The position numbers and the translations under genes are program-made. The notes under the pieces were generated by a model that was given only the letters and a program-made list of their open reading frames with translations, did not search any database and was not told where the DNA came from. A stretch of 60,957 bases of DNA, counting the filler, from Sphacelaria rigidula (lineage: Eukaryota), in assembly GCA_964200075.2 (NCBI GenBank). It is 5 parts of 5 records of this genome, joined end to end, with 100 filler letters (N's around TTAATTAATTAA, not from the genome) between each part and the next. Parts side by side here need not be neighbours in the genome. Positions count along the whole stretch, not along the records: positions 12,213 to 24,324 come from CAXNAA020004116.1; positions 24,425 to 36,535 come from CAXNAA020004117.1; 3 more parts are not named here. The stretch is one strand, 5' to 3'. This document shows positions 13,013-25,309 of the stretch, one piece after another. The stretch's first letter is position 1, and every line of letters starts with the position of its first letter.

Positions 13013-13082
13013 TTGCTTCGTCTCGAAAGAGAGGCGTGGTTAATGGTCAAACGACTAGGGCAAGCAACAAATGAGTACGCCC
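13013..13082 (+). repeat. ~70-nt dispersed structured repeat, copy 1
   Basis: TTGCTTCGTCTCGAAAGAGAGGCGTGGTTAATGGTCAAACGACTAGGGCAAGCAACAAATGAGTACGCC. Homologous to 36907-36973 (+) and 50941-51012 (-). Confidence 0.85.
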
Positions 13083-13424
13083 ACCGCTCCCCTCTTTTTG
13101 GAGATTGCTTGAGTGCGTGTTTCTGTTTACAGTCATTACCTTGGGTACGTAGACGTCGTGACTTGTGACTTGTGACCATCGCTAGGTTCGTAGCGGATTA
13201 ACCAATGCCACCAATACTTATTAACTGATGCTTACGGTTAAAGCGATGATGCCAATCAATCGATTAACGTGCCCAAGCGCTGGACGCGCCGTCGGTTGAA
13301 ATATTGTTCTGAAATGTCCAACGACTAAACTACAAAAAGCATGGTACGATGCTTCAATCAACCTGCTGCTGCTGTCATCTTTCGTATCTCGTGGACTCGT
13401 CCATGCCGTTTTTAATGTATCCAG

Positions 13425-16400
13425 ATGTGTGGACGACCTTTTCTGCGAGGGTTCGCTGTGCTGCCCCACGTGCTGCGAGATTCACAGTTGCGGTGAGTCC
13501 CTGCACTTTGCACCGTTATCGACCACAAAATGGAAATCGCTTACCGCATAGGGAAAGGGTGATGTGCTATCCGTACTAAAAGTTGCTCGTGTCGAGAAAT
13601 ACGCACGCACACAAGAGCAGTAAGTGTGCAGAGCGGTTATGAGGGGCAGTACCGTGGGGGACGTGCGGTGGCATCGCATACTGTATTGCACATACTGTAC
13701 GGTTGGAATGCATTCTTCCCACAGCAGGCTCCACGCGCTGTTATGGCATACCCTGCCGCGTTCTGATTACTGATGTCGTGTTTGCTTTTTGTCACGGGCC
13801 ATTCAGAATCAGCCGAGGCGTTTCCAGCGGTGCCGGCCTCGCCCATCCCCAGCCCCCAGGGTATGCGGCATTCCAACGATACGGATGACGGAGACTTGAT
13901 ACCGTCCCCGGTGTCGATATCCGAACGACCGGCTATTTCTCCCTCGCCAACGGCAAGTCCTAGTCCAGCCAGCACCGGAAACCCGCAGGTGATCCATCCG
14001 CAACTTACACAAAACAAGGCGTACGTTGTGTGATGGAGTGAGTCTAACACCCGTCGGCGACGGGTTTTGGAACTTACTTTTTTCGATAATCGAGAAGCAG
14101 CACCTTGCACTCGCCGCGTATTCCCTGTATCGAGTTGTATCGCGAGATGGATCTTGCCCACCGCACAACTTTCGGGGGCTGAAGGTGATACCTCCGCAGT
14201 TTGGGAAAGCGGAGAAATTGTGGTAGCATGGTGCACCTGCTTCTTGGACAACGTCGGCTTTGTTCATGTTTCAGTCGCTAGTCTCGGAGACAGGGTGAGA
14301 GGCCGATGCGTTTGTGGGGGGGAGTGCACAAGATGCCGCTGTTGTCAAAGGTCGTTTTTTTTCCCGACATCCAGGATCGGTGGCATTGTGTACGCATTTG
14401 ATGACTTTGATAACTTTTTCGGGGTTTGTGTCCTACCGTCTGTTTTCTGATATGCTATCCTCATGTGTCACTGTTCCTCTGTGGTTTATCGGCCGTCATA
14501 CTTGTACACCACCTGACACTGGAACATGACACTTGCAATCGAATATTGACACATGAACAAATGATGTCGCGGCAGACGCTATTCGGAACGTCGGAAGAAG
14601 GAGTAGCGGCGCCGACAGATCGCATGGCTAGTTTTCTCAACTCGTCGGGGCCGAATGCGGGCGTGGGGGATACGGGGGAGGGAATCGGAAGCGATACGGA
14701 TGAGGAAGTCGGTGGACTGCGGTGAGCCTGTCTGCACCTTACTTAATCATTCTTATCGGGAGGTTTGGAAAGGCGGTCGGGGTGTGACCAGACACGGTCG
14801 CTGAACAGAAGACGTGATACCCGATAGTTGTTCGGCATTTGCCTTGAATGCCGCGCCGGATTGATCCTGTCACTAGTGAAATGTGCCGGTCACGACAAAG
14901 ACGCTTGTGAACGAGCAAAATGTCAATCACCGTGCACGTGCTTGCGTGCCAACATAGCACACCATGATTGTTTTCAACCTTCCGCGAATGTACATACAGC
15001 CAGCAGTGCTTGGTGCCCGCAGGTCAATTCATTGAGTTCCGCCTACCTCTTCAAGCAGGCACTTTCCAAGAACGGGTGCCTCGAGAATACTGATCCGAAA
15101 CGAGGAATGCTGTGGCGCGTTACAGAGTACTGTCATTCAGAAAGCCCGTGCTCGGCCGACATTTCGACGTTTTAAAAATCGGGAAATGCCTACCCGGTCG
15201 GTTCGAAAATACGCATGGTCAAGCAAGGTACACTCGATCGGCTCTGTTTGAATTGAATCCACACAGCGATCTTCGAGCCGAGCACAAGAGAGTTTCACAC
15301 GGCCGAGATTCAACCGCTTGAGACAGCTGTACCAGTACACGTGGAAGAAGACTCGTGCAACGCCCTGCCATGTTTAAATCCTTAGTATCTGTTTAGCGGC
15401 GATCTTCCGGTAGGGTGACATCACCTCGTACTGCACATGACCAGTAGAGTCAAATGCAGCCTTCGAAGTGTTCAATACGCGAGCTACAGTGAAGGTACTG
15501 TAACGTTACTGATGTCCGATGTTCTAGGAGCCCAGGGGTCGTGAGGGTGACGTGAGCTGCATCACGATGGCCCCGTCTTCGACCGTACATTGCGAACGCG
15601 TACCATGTCAGAGCTCTCATGGCGACTGGCAACTGTGTCCGTCATTGCATATTTCATTCAACGCCCGTGTTTTCACCTACCGCAGGAGTACAGCATTTCG
15701 CTCTATTGCCAGCGGAAGATGTATCATTGTAAAGATGTCTTTCTTGGCGTGTTTGATGAAGTCGACTCCCCCACACGATGTGCTGCCCGCTGCCCTGTTA
15801 ACCGTCGTGTCTGGCTGCGATACTGCTGGGTGTGTGGTGTGTGTCCTTAGCTGCTTGGTGATGGATTGCGGACGAGAACGCATGTCTTCGGACTACTTCT
15901 GCGATCGACATATGGATAAAGCTAAGAGGGTGTCTTGGAAGGTGAAGACACGTGTGCTATTTGTGCTTTGCGTGACAAAGCATGATACAGCGTAGTAGTT
16001 GAGGAACCTGTATCGCCGAGTATCGCCGAGCGAGGCTGAGTGATTCAGGCGCAAAACAACTGTACCGAGTTTTTGGCGCATTATGTTGGATCATGTTGGA
16101 GGAAATATCCAAGGTTGTGTTCAAACAATACACTACACCACACTTCACTACACTACACTTCATTCACTACACTACACTACACTACACTACACTACAGTGC
16201 TGCTTGAACGCAATGTAGATAAAGGGGGAAAAGCGTAATTATACTGCTGTTATAGAGCAACGTCGTGTGCGGCCGAACGCTTTCGACCGATGTAGCCTCA
16301 CGGTAACCTTACCGCACTTGGAAACTTGAAGTGATGACTTTGAATTCCTGTTGGGATTTTATGAGACGTCACGGAAGGTGACATTATTTTCACGGGATTT

Positions 16401-19400
16401 GACGTAAAGTTCGTGTAGGCACGGGCGATAGGTTTTCGCACTAGCTGATGCTGGTATGTGCCTTCTGTCGTGTGCCGCAGGCGGCGAAGCGTATGGTCCA
16501 GACAATGAGCAAAGGGCTATACAGCATGGGTACAGTGGTCCAAGGAGAGAAGCTGGGGCAGTTTCTCGAGAACGAATTTCCATCCATGGATGATCTCAAG
16601 GTCGGTTACACGTTTGTTGGCGCCGGTGCCACACATCGCAGCATGTTTTTCACATATGCGGAGTTGCAGGATGGAGTATCTCAACCTCAACCTTGGAGCA
16701 CCCTTGGCTGGTGGCCCCTGCTGTCAGGGCGCGAAACAGAATGAAATCCACGACGTCATTGCCATTCATCGGCACGATATGAACGGCGCACGAGCGTATA
16801 TGTTATGTGCAGCAGAAAGTAGTAATGGTTCAATCATTTCCCTTCCTCGGAACAGCCCGTAATCTCAAGGGATCAACCGATCTTCTCGCCCGGTTCCTGC
16901 TGGATACTACTGGATCGCGGTTTGGATCGGCACCTTCCCCCCCCCCCCCCTACCACGTCGACTCTGATCAATTTTTATTTTACCATTCGCGCCCTCGCGC
17001 TTTCAACGACGGCAATTGGATTTTGCCCTGAGCAAATAGTATGTCATGATCCATGGACCTCGGATCCCCAATCTCCCGCCCTGACTGGCTATTGGTTGAC
17101 CACTTTAACCTCAGTGGCGCAGCGGCTATCATACTGAGAACAAATGAACACGATCTTTGCGGTCCGCCAGTATGTCATCTTCAAGAGCAGTGGAGAACAT
17201 ATTGGCTTCTCTATACGTGCAGTTTGAAGCGTTGCGACATTTGAAGGCTGTTTACGCACGTCATTGTGACCACGAGCACTGCATTTCTGGAAAATGGCTC
17301 ATGTGAGAGAGACACGACAACCACAACGATGCCGTCAAACGTCTCCATGTCGTGTGTCCTTGTGTTGAGTCCACCGGTGTGCCTCTGGCGTGGACATTCT
17401 TTGGTTTATTCGCTTCCCCCTTCCTTCGCTTGTAGTGCGCGTGCCTTCTTTGATATGCTGTTGTTCTCGCCATACGCGCCGCGTGTCGATATCGCGCAAA
17501 TGCGGGCGTGGTTTTGATTTGGACAGCCGGAAATCCTGTCGGAGCGCTTCCAGAGGCAGGAGACCGTCACTCTCGGCGAGGCTCTCTTCCTGATCGATAA
17601 GGTATTCATCGCGATTAAATTGTATTCGGCACTTTGTCGGGAGAACAATCAGAAATGTTTTGAGAGGTTAGTGGTTATTTTTTGTAGTCCCCTGCTGGGT
17701 AACAGTGCTGTTGGGTCGGGCGGCACACCTTCCGACTTCTTGCACACGGTAGTAGTGTTGATGTGCATACCGAGCGATGATGCGTGGCTCCGCTGTCTAG
17801 CATGGCCTGATAACATCGTTGCCTGCCTGTTCATCCACATATTTGCGCATAACCTCCTGACCGCTTGCTACGTGTCTAGTTAACATCAGCACTCGACTTT
17901 CATGTCTCGCGCCTTTGCGAACGAGTCAGTACGCGAGCACAACTTGATCAACACAAGTGGTTGGACTTATGTTTTGAATAGGCCACCACGACCCTAGTGT
18001 GTGGAAAAAAAAAGACAACTGCGTCTCTTGCACAGAGCGTTGGCCTCATGAGTTCTATGCTCGGACACGCACGCACCGCTGTGGTCGCACAGGCGCTGGA
18101 CGTGCTAAAGGAGGAGCCCAACGCCCTCGCGCTCTCTGCCCCGGTCAAAATAGTGGGAGACTTGCACGGACAGTTCTTCGACCTCATCTCTATGTTGGAT
18201 CACTGCGGGGAACCTTGCGACGGAAACAGGCGAGTCATTGGTGGTTCTGGCGTTTGAACTGCGCTATTCACTGATGAGGTGCTAACACCTCGAAGCTATT
18301 ATAGCACTTGTCGGGTCGTGCGACTGTACGCCATTTTCGCTTACATATATCACAGTGTGCTGTGCCTCTGGCCTCACCGTGCCATATTCTTGCTTTGCCT
18401 AGGAATACGTTTACGCAGGGCTCGCGAATGTTGCAACTATCGGTTAGTTGCTCGTACTTGGATGTTCTGCTGGTGCGAGGTGTTGGTCCAGTGCAATGCT
18501 CTCGGTTTTTTAGCCACGTCGACACGCGTCCCCGCTCCTAATGAAAGGCCCTCCGCGCCACTCTATTTTTTTGTTGTAACCTCCAGCTACCTTTTTCTTG
18601 GAGACTACGTCGACCGTGGAGAATTTAGCTGCGAGGTGTTGCTGTACCTGTTGGCTCTTAAGGTGGCCCATCCGCACAATGTACACCTGATAAGGGGGAA
18701 TCACGAGTGCCGAAGCCTCACCACGCATTTCGGATTTAAGGTGCGGACGAGTGTGTTATCCCGCGGTGGGTTATATTATTACAGCTTGCTTTTGTTTTTT
18801 TGCCGAGCACATGGTGTCTGTCTCCTGTTAACTGTCAGAGTACCTTGGTGAAGTGAAATGCCAACGTGGGACTCCAGTACTGGTAATGTCTATGGGCACG
18901 ATGGCTTGCTGTTTATGTCCAACACTAGCGATTTTTGCGTGCTGGTCGGTGCCACTATCTGGAGGTGTTGGTGTACCTATGGGTAACTCAAAAACCGCGA
19001 TGTTCGATGTCCATTGGTATGCTGTGTTGCTCTTGGGCTATTATTGGTGTTCTTGCTGTCAAGGGCAGAGTGGAGAATAACCCTGTAACGGATTTGTGTA
19101 ACCCCGCACTGGTGATCCGTTCGACAGTTTTGTTCTTTTGAGCAAGCTGGTACCGGCGTGGTGCACAGTGTCGGATGCCAATTATGCGTCTAGCTACAGG
19201 GCCTGTGTCCGGAGGCGCACGAATGACGAATAGCTGGTGATGGAATGTTCGAAACTCTGAACATGCTCAAATAAACGATCATGTGACTGCATGATGACGC
19301 AGGATGAGTGTAAGGCGAAGTATGGACTGCCGGTGTACTACCGTTTCCTGCGCTGCTTCGAGCTCATGCCGCTTTGCGCTGTGGTGCAAAACGGCCACGG

Positions 19401-22400
19401 GCGCTATTTCTGCACTCACGGAGGCATCTCACCGGGGCTAACTAGCATCGATCAGATTGCAGCCCTTGACCGAAGGTAACGCCGGGCATATACACGCACG
19501 TTTACCGTGAACTGACATGAACGCGCTTCCCCGTAGGCTATAATGTGGTCCATACATAGCCAGCAATTGATGAAGACGAAGACTCACGGCCGTGCCAGAA
19601 AGAATGAGACACTGAATAGGTTTGAAGAGCTCGATAGATACTTCGAGACACGAAAAGAATACTCGCCGAGTTGTTGTTGACAATAGTTTGATGGTTACTC
19701 AGGAATCTAGAAATGACAGTCGATGTCCGCGGGTGAGTTGATTGACCTGCAGAACCTGACTTTTTGTGCTCCTGAGCGTTGGATTTGCGGGGAAGTTTGT
19801 GCGAGCCGCTGGGTGGACCTCAATATCTTGGCATATTGATGTCGCGGCCCCTTGATGACGTGATCGTTTCTTCTTGCTGCAATCTGATGATGTGTACCAT
19901 TGATAGAGCGGAGCCGGAGATGGAGGGCTTGCTGTGCGATCTGTTGTGGGCGGATCCCTCCGATGATCCAGGGGTCACGAACATCGACTCTTTGTCTGAC
20001 CAGGTGCGACACCAGCTTCGGTCGGGGTACACCTGTTACTTTTGCTCGGCAAGTGTAGCACCAGCTTATTCTACCCACAAAGGCAAACGCGATCGTTTAG
20101 CGTCCATGTTCACCACGCTGCCTGTCGTGATACACTGGATTGCTGCGTATTAGTCACGTGAGGTTACGGTGCTGTTCCGTCGCGTGTTGTTCCATCTTGA
20201 AAGTTGCATCAAATCTGCGCGTACTCTGTCCGGCGCAGGAAGTGGATGGACTCTTGAACAGTACGTTTCAATTCAACCGCCTGAGAGGATGCAGCGTGGC
20301 GTTTGGGTACCTCGCGGTACGAAGATTCTTGGACAACAACCAGCTGCTGTGTGTGGTGCGGGCACACGCTGTGCAGGAGGACGGGTACTACCGCCACTTT
20401 GAGAAGGCCCTGAAGAAGCGTGCTGTGGCGGGCATGGAGAGGAGGCTGCCTCCAGTCATCACCGTATTCTCGGCGCCGAACTACTGCGACAGATACGGGA
20501 ACAGGTGAGCGTGAGGAATACAGCATAATACAGCTCAGTACAGCACAGTAGGTGCAAATATTCTGAAAAAAATGCAGAAGACTCTTCATGAAAAAGTACC
20601 ACTAATACGGATTTAGTATACGCCCACTTGCTCTCTTAGCTGACAGGTTTGCGCACAAGTCCGAGATGTACTCGTGGGACTTGTTTTTGGGCTGATTTTA
20701 TGAAGGACTCGCAGGACTCGAATCAGACTCGTCCTCTCTTCTCTTTCCCGCACAAGGGCTCGTAGGGCTCAACTTCAGCTTCGTTCTCGTTTTCCCATTA
20801 TTACTCCTACGAGACTCGAGGCAGAGTTGGAGTCAGCACGAGTTATGTCTCGTTGAATGTGTGTAGGTTTGAACACCCCTTACAGTATACGTTGCGGTGA
20901 TGTCATCATCTCAACACCCGGGACTATACTTAGTCCCTTTGTTTTGTTTCCTTTTGTATATCTTGCTTGTCAGGGCTGCGGTGTTGGAGTTGCTGGAGGA
21001 AGAGCTGGAGCCTCGAGTACAGCGCTTCGAGTGCGTCGATCACCCCGATCGCCTCAATCGCCCAGACAGGTATGCTACCAAGTAACCCGGTGGAAATTAG
21101 ACTCGAGAGGTACCGCGGCATCGTTGCCAGGTGTTTTGAGGTCAACTATAACTACAGTATAGAGTACCAAACTTTTACAATACTTGGGTGACAACCATGC
21201 ACGTGTGGTGCGCAGTGTCGCCCTTCAGTAGTGTAGTATGTAGATACATAGACAACAACTTACTTACAAGGTACGAAGAGTATGGGCACATGACGCTCTG
21301 GCGTCCCCTTAGCATCAATGAGAAAAGCGTCGCCTGCAGAAAGCACCCACTGATGGAGAAACTCCTACTTTCAAGAGCGGGGCGCTGCATGTTGACATCC
21401 GCGTTGCCTGATACATTTTTTTTTCATTTTCAATTTCGTTTGTTCCATATTCTGCAGGTCAGAGGTACATCTGATGGCGCTCATCGAGGCGTGCCCCTAC
21501 ATGCCCACCACGTTCCGGGACTTCGTTAAGCTTGCGGGCAGGATGGGACCTGCTCAGCCACTTGCTGTAAGACGTTGCAAATTTTGGCGTGGTTTTATTT
21601 GATGCTGTGCCTTCTTTTTGATCGTGAGTTTCGTCGCTTGCTTGCACCAGTTGCGGTAGCCATGACCGTTCTTGACTTCGTCGACGCTGTCTTATGACAC
21701 CTGTGTTTGTGATCTTGATTTGTTATTGACACGTGCTGGGTTTTCGATTGCTCTTGTGTAAGTGAAGTTGCAGCACCTTGCCCGTCAAACAGATGTATTA
21801 CTGTCGATTATGCCGACGTAAGGACCTCGCTGCTGATTCGTTGTCATGCTTGTTTGAAGATTCCGGGAACACTCGGATGTTATGATATGTATACATGTTT
21901 TCATCAATTATTGCTCATTGTTTGCTTTGTGGGTGGAGCTATTCATGACGAGTCTCTCATGTTAATCCTGTTTTGCCTTGCACTTCGACTAACGCGTGCG
22001 ATTGTTTGATGGCTCATCATATATTCAGGACGGGGGAGAGGCTAGCGAGACTAGCAGTCTAGTGGGAACAGGCCCGGGGGGAATCTCCGACATTGGCTGC
22101 TCCGAAGCCGATTTTTCTATTACTAGTAGAGGTTCCGGCAAGGGATCAGCTCCCTCCACCCCACCTCAGGTGATGCAGAGAGCAAATCGGAGCGTCTTGA
22201 GAGCAATCTCAGGCGATAGACGAGGTGATGGCTCCGAAGGTGTTATAATGGCGCCACCTGTGACAATTGCTAGAATGTCCAGCTGCTTCTTTAATTGCTG
22301 TCAGCCACAAGAGCAGATATGTGAAATGCTTTACCGGCCTTGCCAATTGGAGCGCCTGCCTGTTGTTTTTGCTTGTCCATTGGCGACAGGTGAGGAAAGA

Positions 22401-23068
22401 TCGCAGCTTGACGGCACACGACTTGTATGAGCTCGAAGCGGCGCACGACAGGTGAGGAGATGTGTACTACGCCGCGCGGTGAAGCAAGTAAAGCGCCTCG
22501 TGTGCTAGTGCTGTGTGACATGCCAACTTATTTTATGCAGTTCCTTCATCACTGGTACACTCGGTAGGGGGTGGGGAGTGGTGGTTTTACTGTGTGTCAG
22601 AGGGCGCCCTTAGTATGCAGAGTAGTCTCTCTTCGTTCTGGAGAATTTTACGTTTGTTCTCTGTTCCGGTTATTTTTAGCGGCTGCTGCCACTTCGCCAG
22701 ATTCTCGAGTCGGTCGTGTACCTCTTTCCTGTTCTGCGTAGACAGATGGGAATGCTGACATGGCAACAGCATGTCGAGAGCATTTTTTTTATCGCTTCCC
22801 TGCCCGACGGCATTAGCTTTGGATCAGGCTGTATTTAAGTGGTACATGAAAAGTGGGCCTCTGTGGCATTAGAGAACAGCTGTGGATGTTGGGGCAATGA
22901 ATTGTGTGGCGTTTTTCGTCTTTCAATCGCAGGATCAACGAGCTACACCCGGACTATCTTAACGCCCGCATCGAATCGTGCGAGGACGAAGGTGTGAGCA
23001 GGCTTAGCACCAAGGGCAATACGCCTTCCAGTGTCAGCTCGCTCGTACACTCCACCACCAAGATCACG
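13425..23068 (+). CDS. Calcineurin A (PP2B)-like Ser/Thr phosphatase with Cys-rich N-terminal extension; partial at both ends
   Basis: Phase-compatible exons: 13425-13492, 13807-13988, 14576-14707, 15023-15075, 15851-15941, 16481-16600, 17527-17601, 18093-18229, 18587-18740, 19303-19475, 19907-20003, 20239-20504, 20974-21069, 21458-21566, 22029-22169, 22390-22451, 22933-23068. PPP motifs: GDLHGQ, GDYVDRG, RGNHE, HGG, DLLWADP, RAH, SAPNYC. Calcineurin-type segments: [25 protein letters not shown] and YGNRAAVL...RFECVDHP. The catalytic exons are highly confident; the N-terminal exons are less so. Confidence 0.9.
16131..16196 (+). repeat. (ACACT)n microsatellite, intronic
   Basis: Run of CACTA/ACACT pentamers. 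Confidence 0.9.
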
Positions 23069-24061
23069 GTAAGAGAAGGGATCCATTGCCAAAGCACACT
23101 ACACTACAGTACAAAACAGTACCCGTTCATGCGTCTCCATGACTGCAGCAAGCATAACAAATTTGTGGTAGATACGGGTACTAAGCAACACTTTGAAAGC
23201 GCGGCGCTAATAGCTAATAGCTTGAAACGACACAACCGGACACCGACAAGGGCATCGTATATGACAGAGTGATGCCCTCGAGCGGTTCCTTGTGGTAATG
23301 ACAACATCATGGGTCACAGAACCCCTCGACAAGGACAGCATGTTCTTCCTTCCGCCCCGAAGACGTCGAAAATTCGCCTCTGGGTAACGAGAAGAAATTG
23401 AAGAAGTAGTCGATTTCATACGAGCTAGCAGAAGCTTATAGGGTATGGAAGTTGGTGCACGTGTTCACCTCGGGGTTCGGAAAGGTCACTCAAATTCTCA
23501 TTCCGATATGTACAAATCTAGGCACAGGCTTGCCGCATCCCTGGATCCGGGCAGGTATGGAGAACGGAAGGACATTCCGAGCGGGTCCAAACTCGGTCTT
23601 TTGAAGCAAGTGCTTCCTTTTTTCACTAGGACTGAACATATCCCAAACAAGCGTCTGGAGAATTCTCGCTTCACCCGTCGTCTATCGAGCCCATTGCTGC
23701 AGCGTCCGTTTCTCTCCACGCTCCAAACATGCACAAAAATATTGTAAATCAGACTGGAGGCATTCAACAGACAAAACTATCCTAGCAAACCAATGGAGGG
23801 ATGACTATTAGGTTATCGATCACTCCTTCGCCTACGGTCCAGAAGAGTAGACGCAATTCGCCACCCCTCCCCCGGTGATGAGATTGTAGCACCCGAAACT
23901 GACCCGCGTAGGACAAGACACAACCGAACGTAATAGGGTAGAGCAGATGAAATATACTGCACCAGCGTTAGTGTCACGGTCTATTTATAAAATATGTTCT
24001 AGCACTGTCGGTATTGATATGTTCATTGACTCCGCACGCAGAAGCTATACCGCTGCTCCTT

Positions 24062-24324
24062 ACGAGCTGGGCCAGCCGAGAAACTATTCTGCAGTTTGCA
24101 GGCCGATTATACGGCCAATACTTGGAGTTGGGCCCTGAAATTTGGTATGGAGACCCCGGCTGATGCACCCACATATACCGAAAGCTGTAGACTGATGCCC
24201 AGAATAAATGGGACGACAACACACACACAATGAGCAGGGCATAATAAAAAGAAATGACTGGCGTACACATTTTTTTTTTTTTCATGTGTTGGAGGCATTT
24301 TACCGATATCTGAAAACTGATTAT
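24062..24324 (+). mobile_element. Left end of the TACGAGCTGGGCCAGCC TIR family, with a nested SINE 3' tail (24151-24230)
   Basis: TIR at 24062. CTTGGAGTT..TGAAATTTGGTATGGA and CAGGGCATrAT match 10281-10330, but here they are separated by the SINE tail. Confidence 0.7.
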
Positions 24325-24424
24325 NNNNNNNNNNNNNNNNNNNNNNNNNNNNNNNNNNNNNNNNNNNNTTAATTAATTAANNNNNNNNNNNNNNNNNNNN
24401 NNNNNNNNNNNNNNNNNNNNNNNN
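24325..24424. other. Artificial contig linker
   Basis: Same N44-TTAATTAATTAA-N44 spacer. Confidence 0.98.
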
Positions 24425-25309
24425 CCCCCCCCCCCTATTGCGTGCCAAAACAGTATTGCAGAGCAATGCTACGGTAGGGGTCGCGGGAACAATCATAGAG
24501 AAGGATACCGGATGGAGAGTCGAGCAATACGAAGATAGACCCCCCCCAAAAAAACAGCGAAAAACCGGGTGCTCTTTTGGGGGGGGCTATCGCGGTATTA
24601 CTCAAGGTCTTGGGAGTGTGATCTTGTACCGCAATGTCTGCACGTGCTGTTGGGCACGCGCCTAGGCGACATGGACAATAGCAGGATTGACTGATGTCGA
24701 GATAACTCTTCCCAAAGCAGCCAGCTTCTTGGCTGCTTTGGTCGGGGGCTATGGCACGGTATCACTCTCTCGTTGACTAAACTACCACGCACACACGCTG
24801 GTGGTGCTCTGAGGACGACTTCACGTTCGAACGCAATTGTTCGAGCCTCGTGGCGGTGCAAGTAATCATTAATCTGGAGATAATTCCTCGTTCACTTGAA
24901 GTGCGATAGTCAAGCTAACAGTCAATCTGACTCCCTCGGGGGGGGTACGGAGTCTGGTCAAGCTCACGTGGGCCTTCCCTGGGCTCGTGCAACTGATACC
25001 CTACGCCTAAGCCCTAATCGCTCCATGCGCAATACGGGTAGCCATAAAGCGCAAGTTATATATGAATATATATTGCACTGTCAAGCGCCTGTCATGAACT
25101 AGGTGACCCTCCCCGTGCCCGAGGCCACGCATTTGACGCCACCCCGAACGTTCGGTACAATATGTCGTTATCCACATTTGACGCATACTTCACAAACTAT
25201 TTGTCGCCAGGGTTCATCACAAAAAAGGCACCCGGCGCGATCAAAACCGACACTCTACTCTAATGCACGAACGAGTTCGGCCTTTTAGGGCACCACATAG
25301 TATACATCA

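Noticed and set aside
9430..13425. One fused RBM5-like plus phosphatase gene
   Set aside because: The two parts are separated by an artificial linker between unrelated contigs.
15685..15780. Extra phosphatase exon ([11 protein letters not shown]...)
   Set aside because: It has an acceptor-like site, but exons 15023-15075 and 15851-15941 already join in phase without it.
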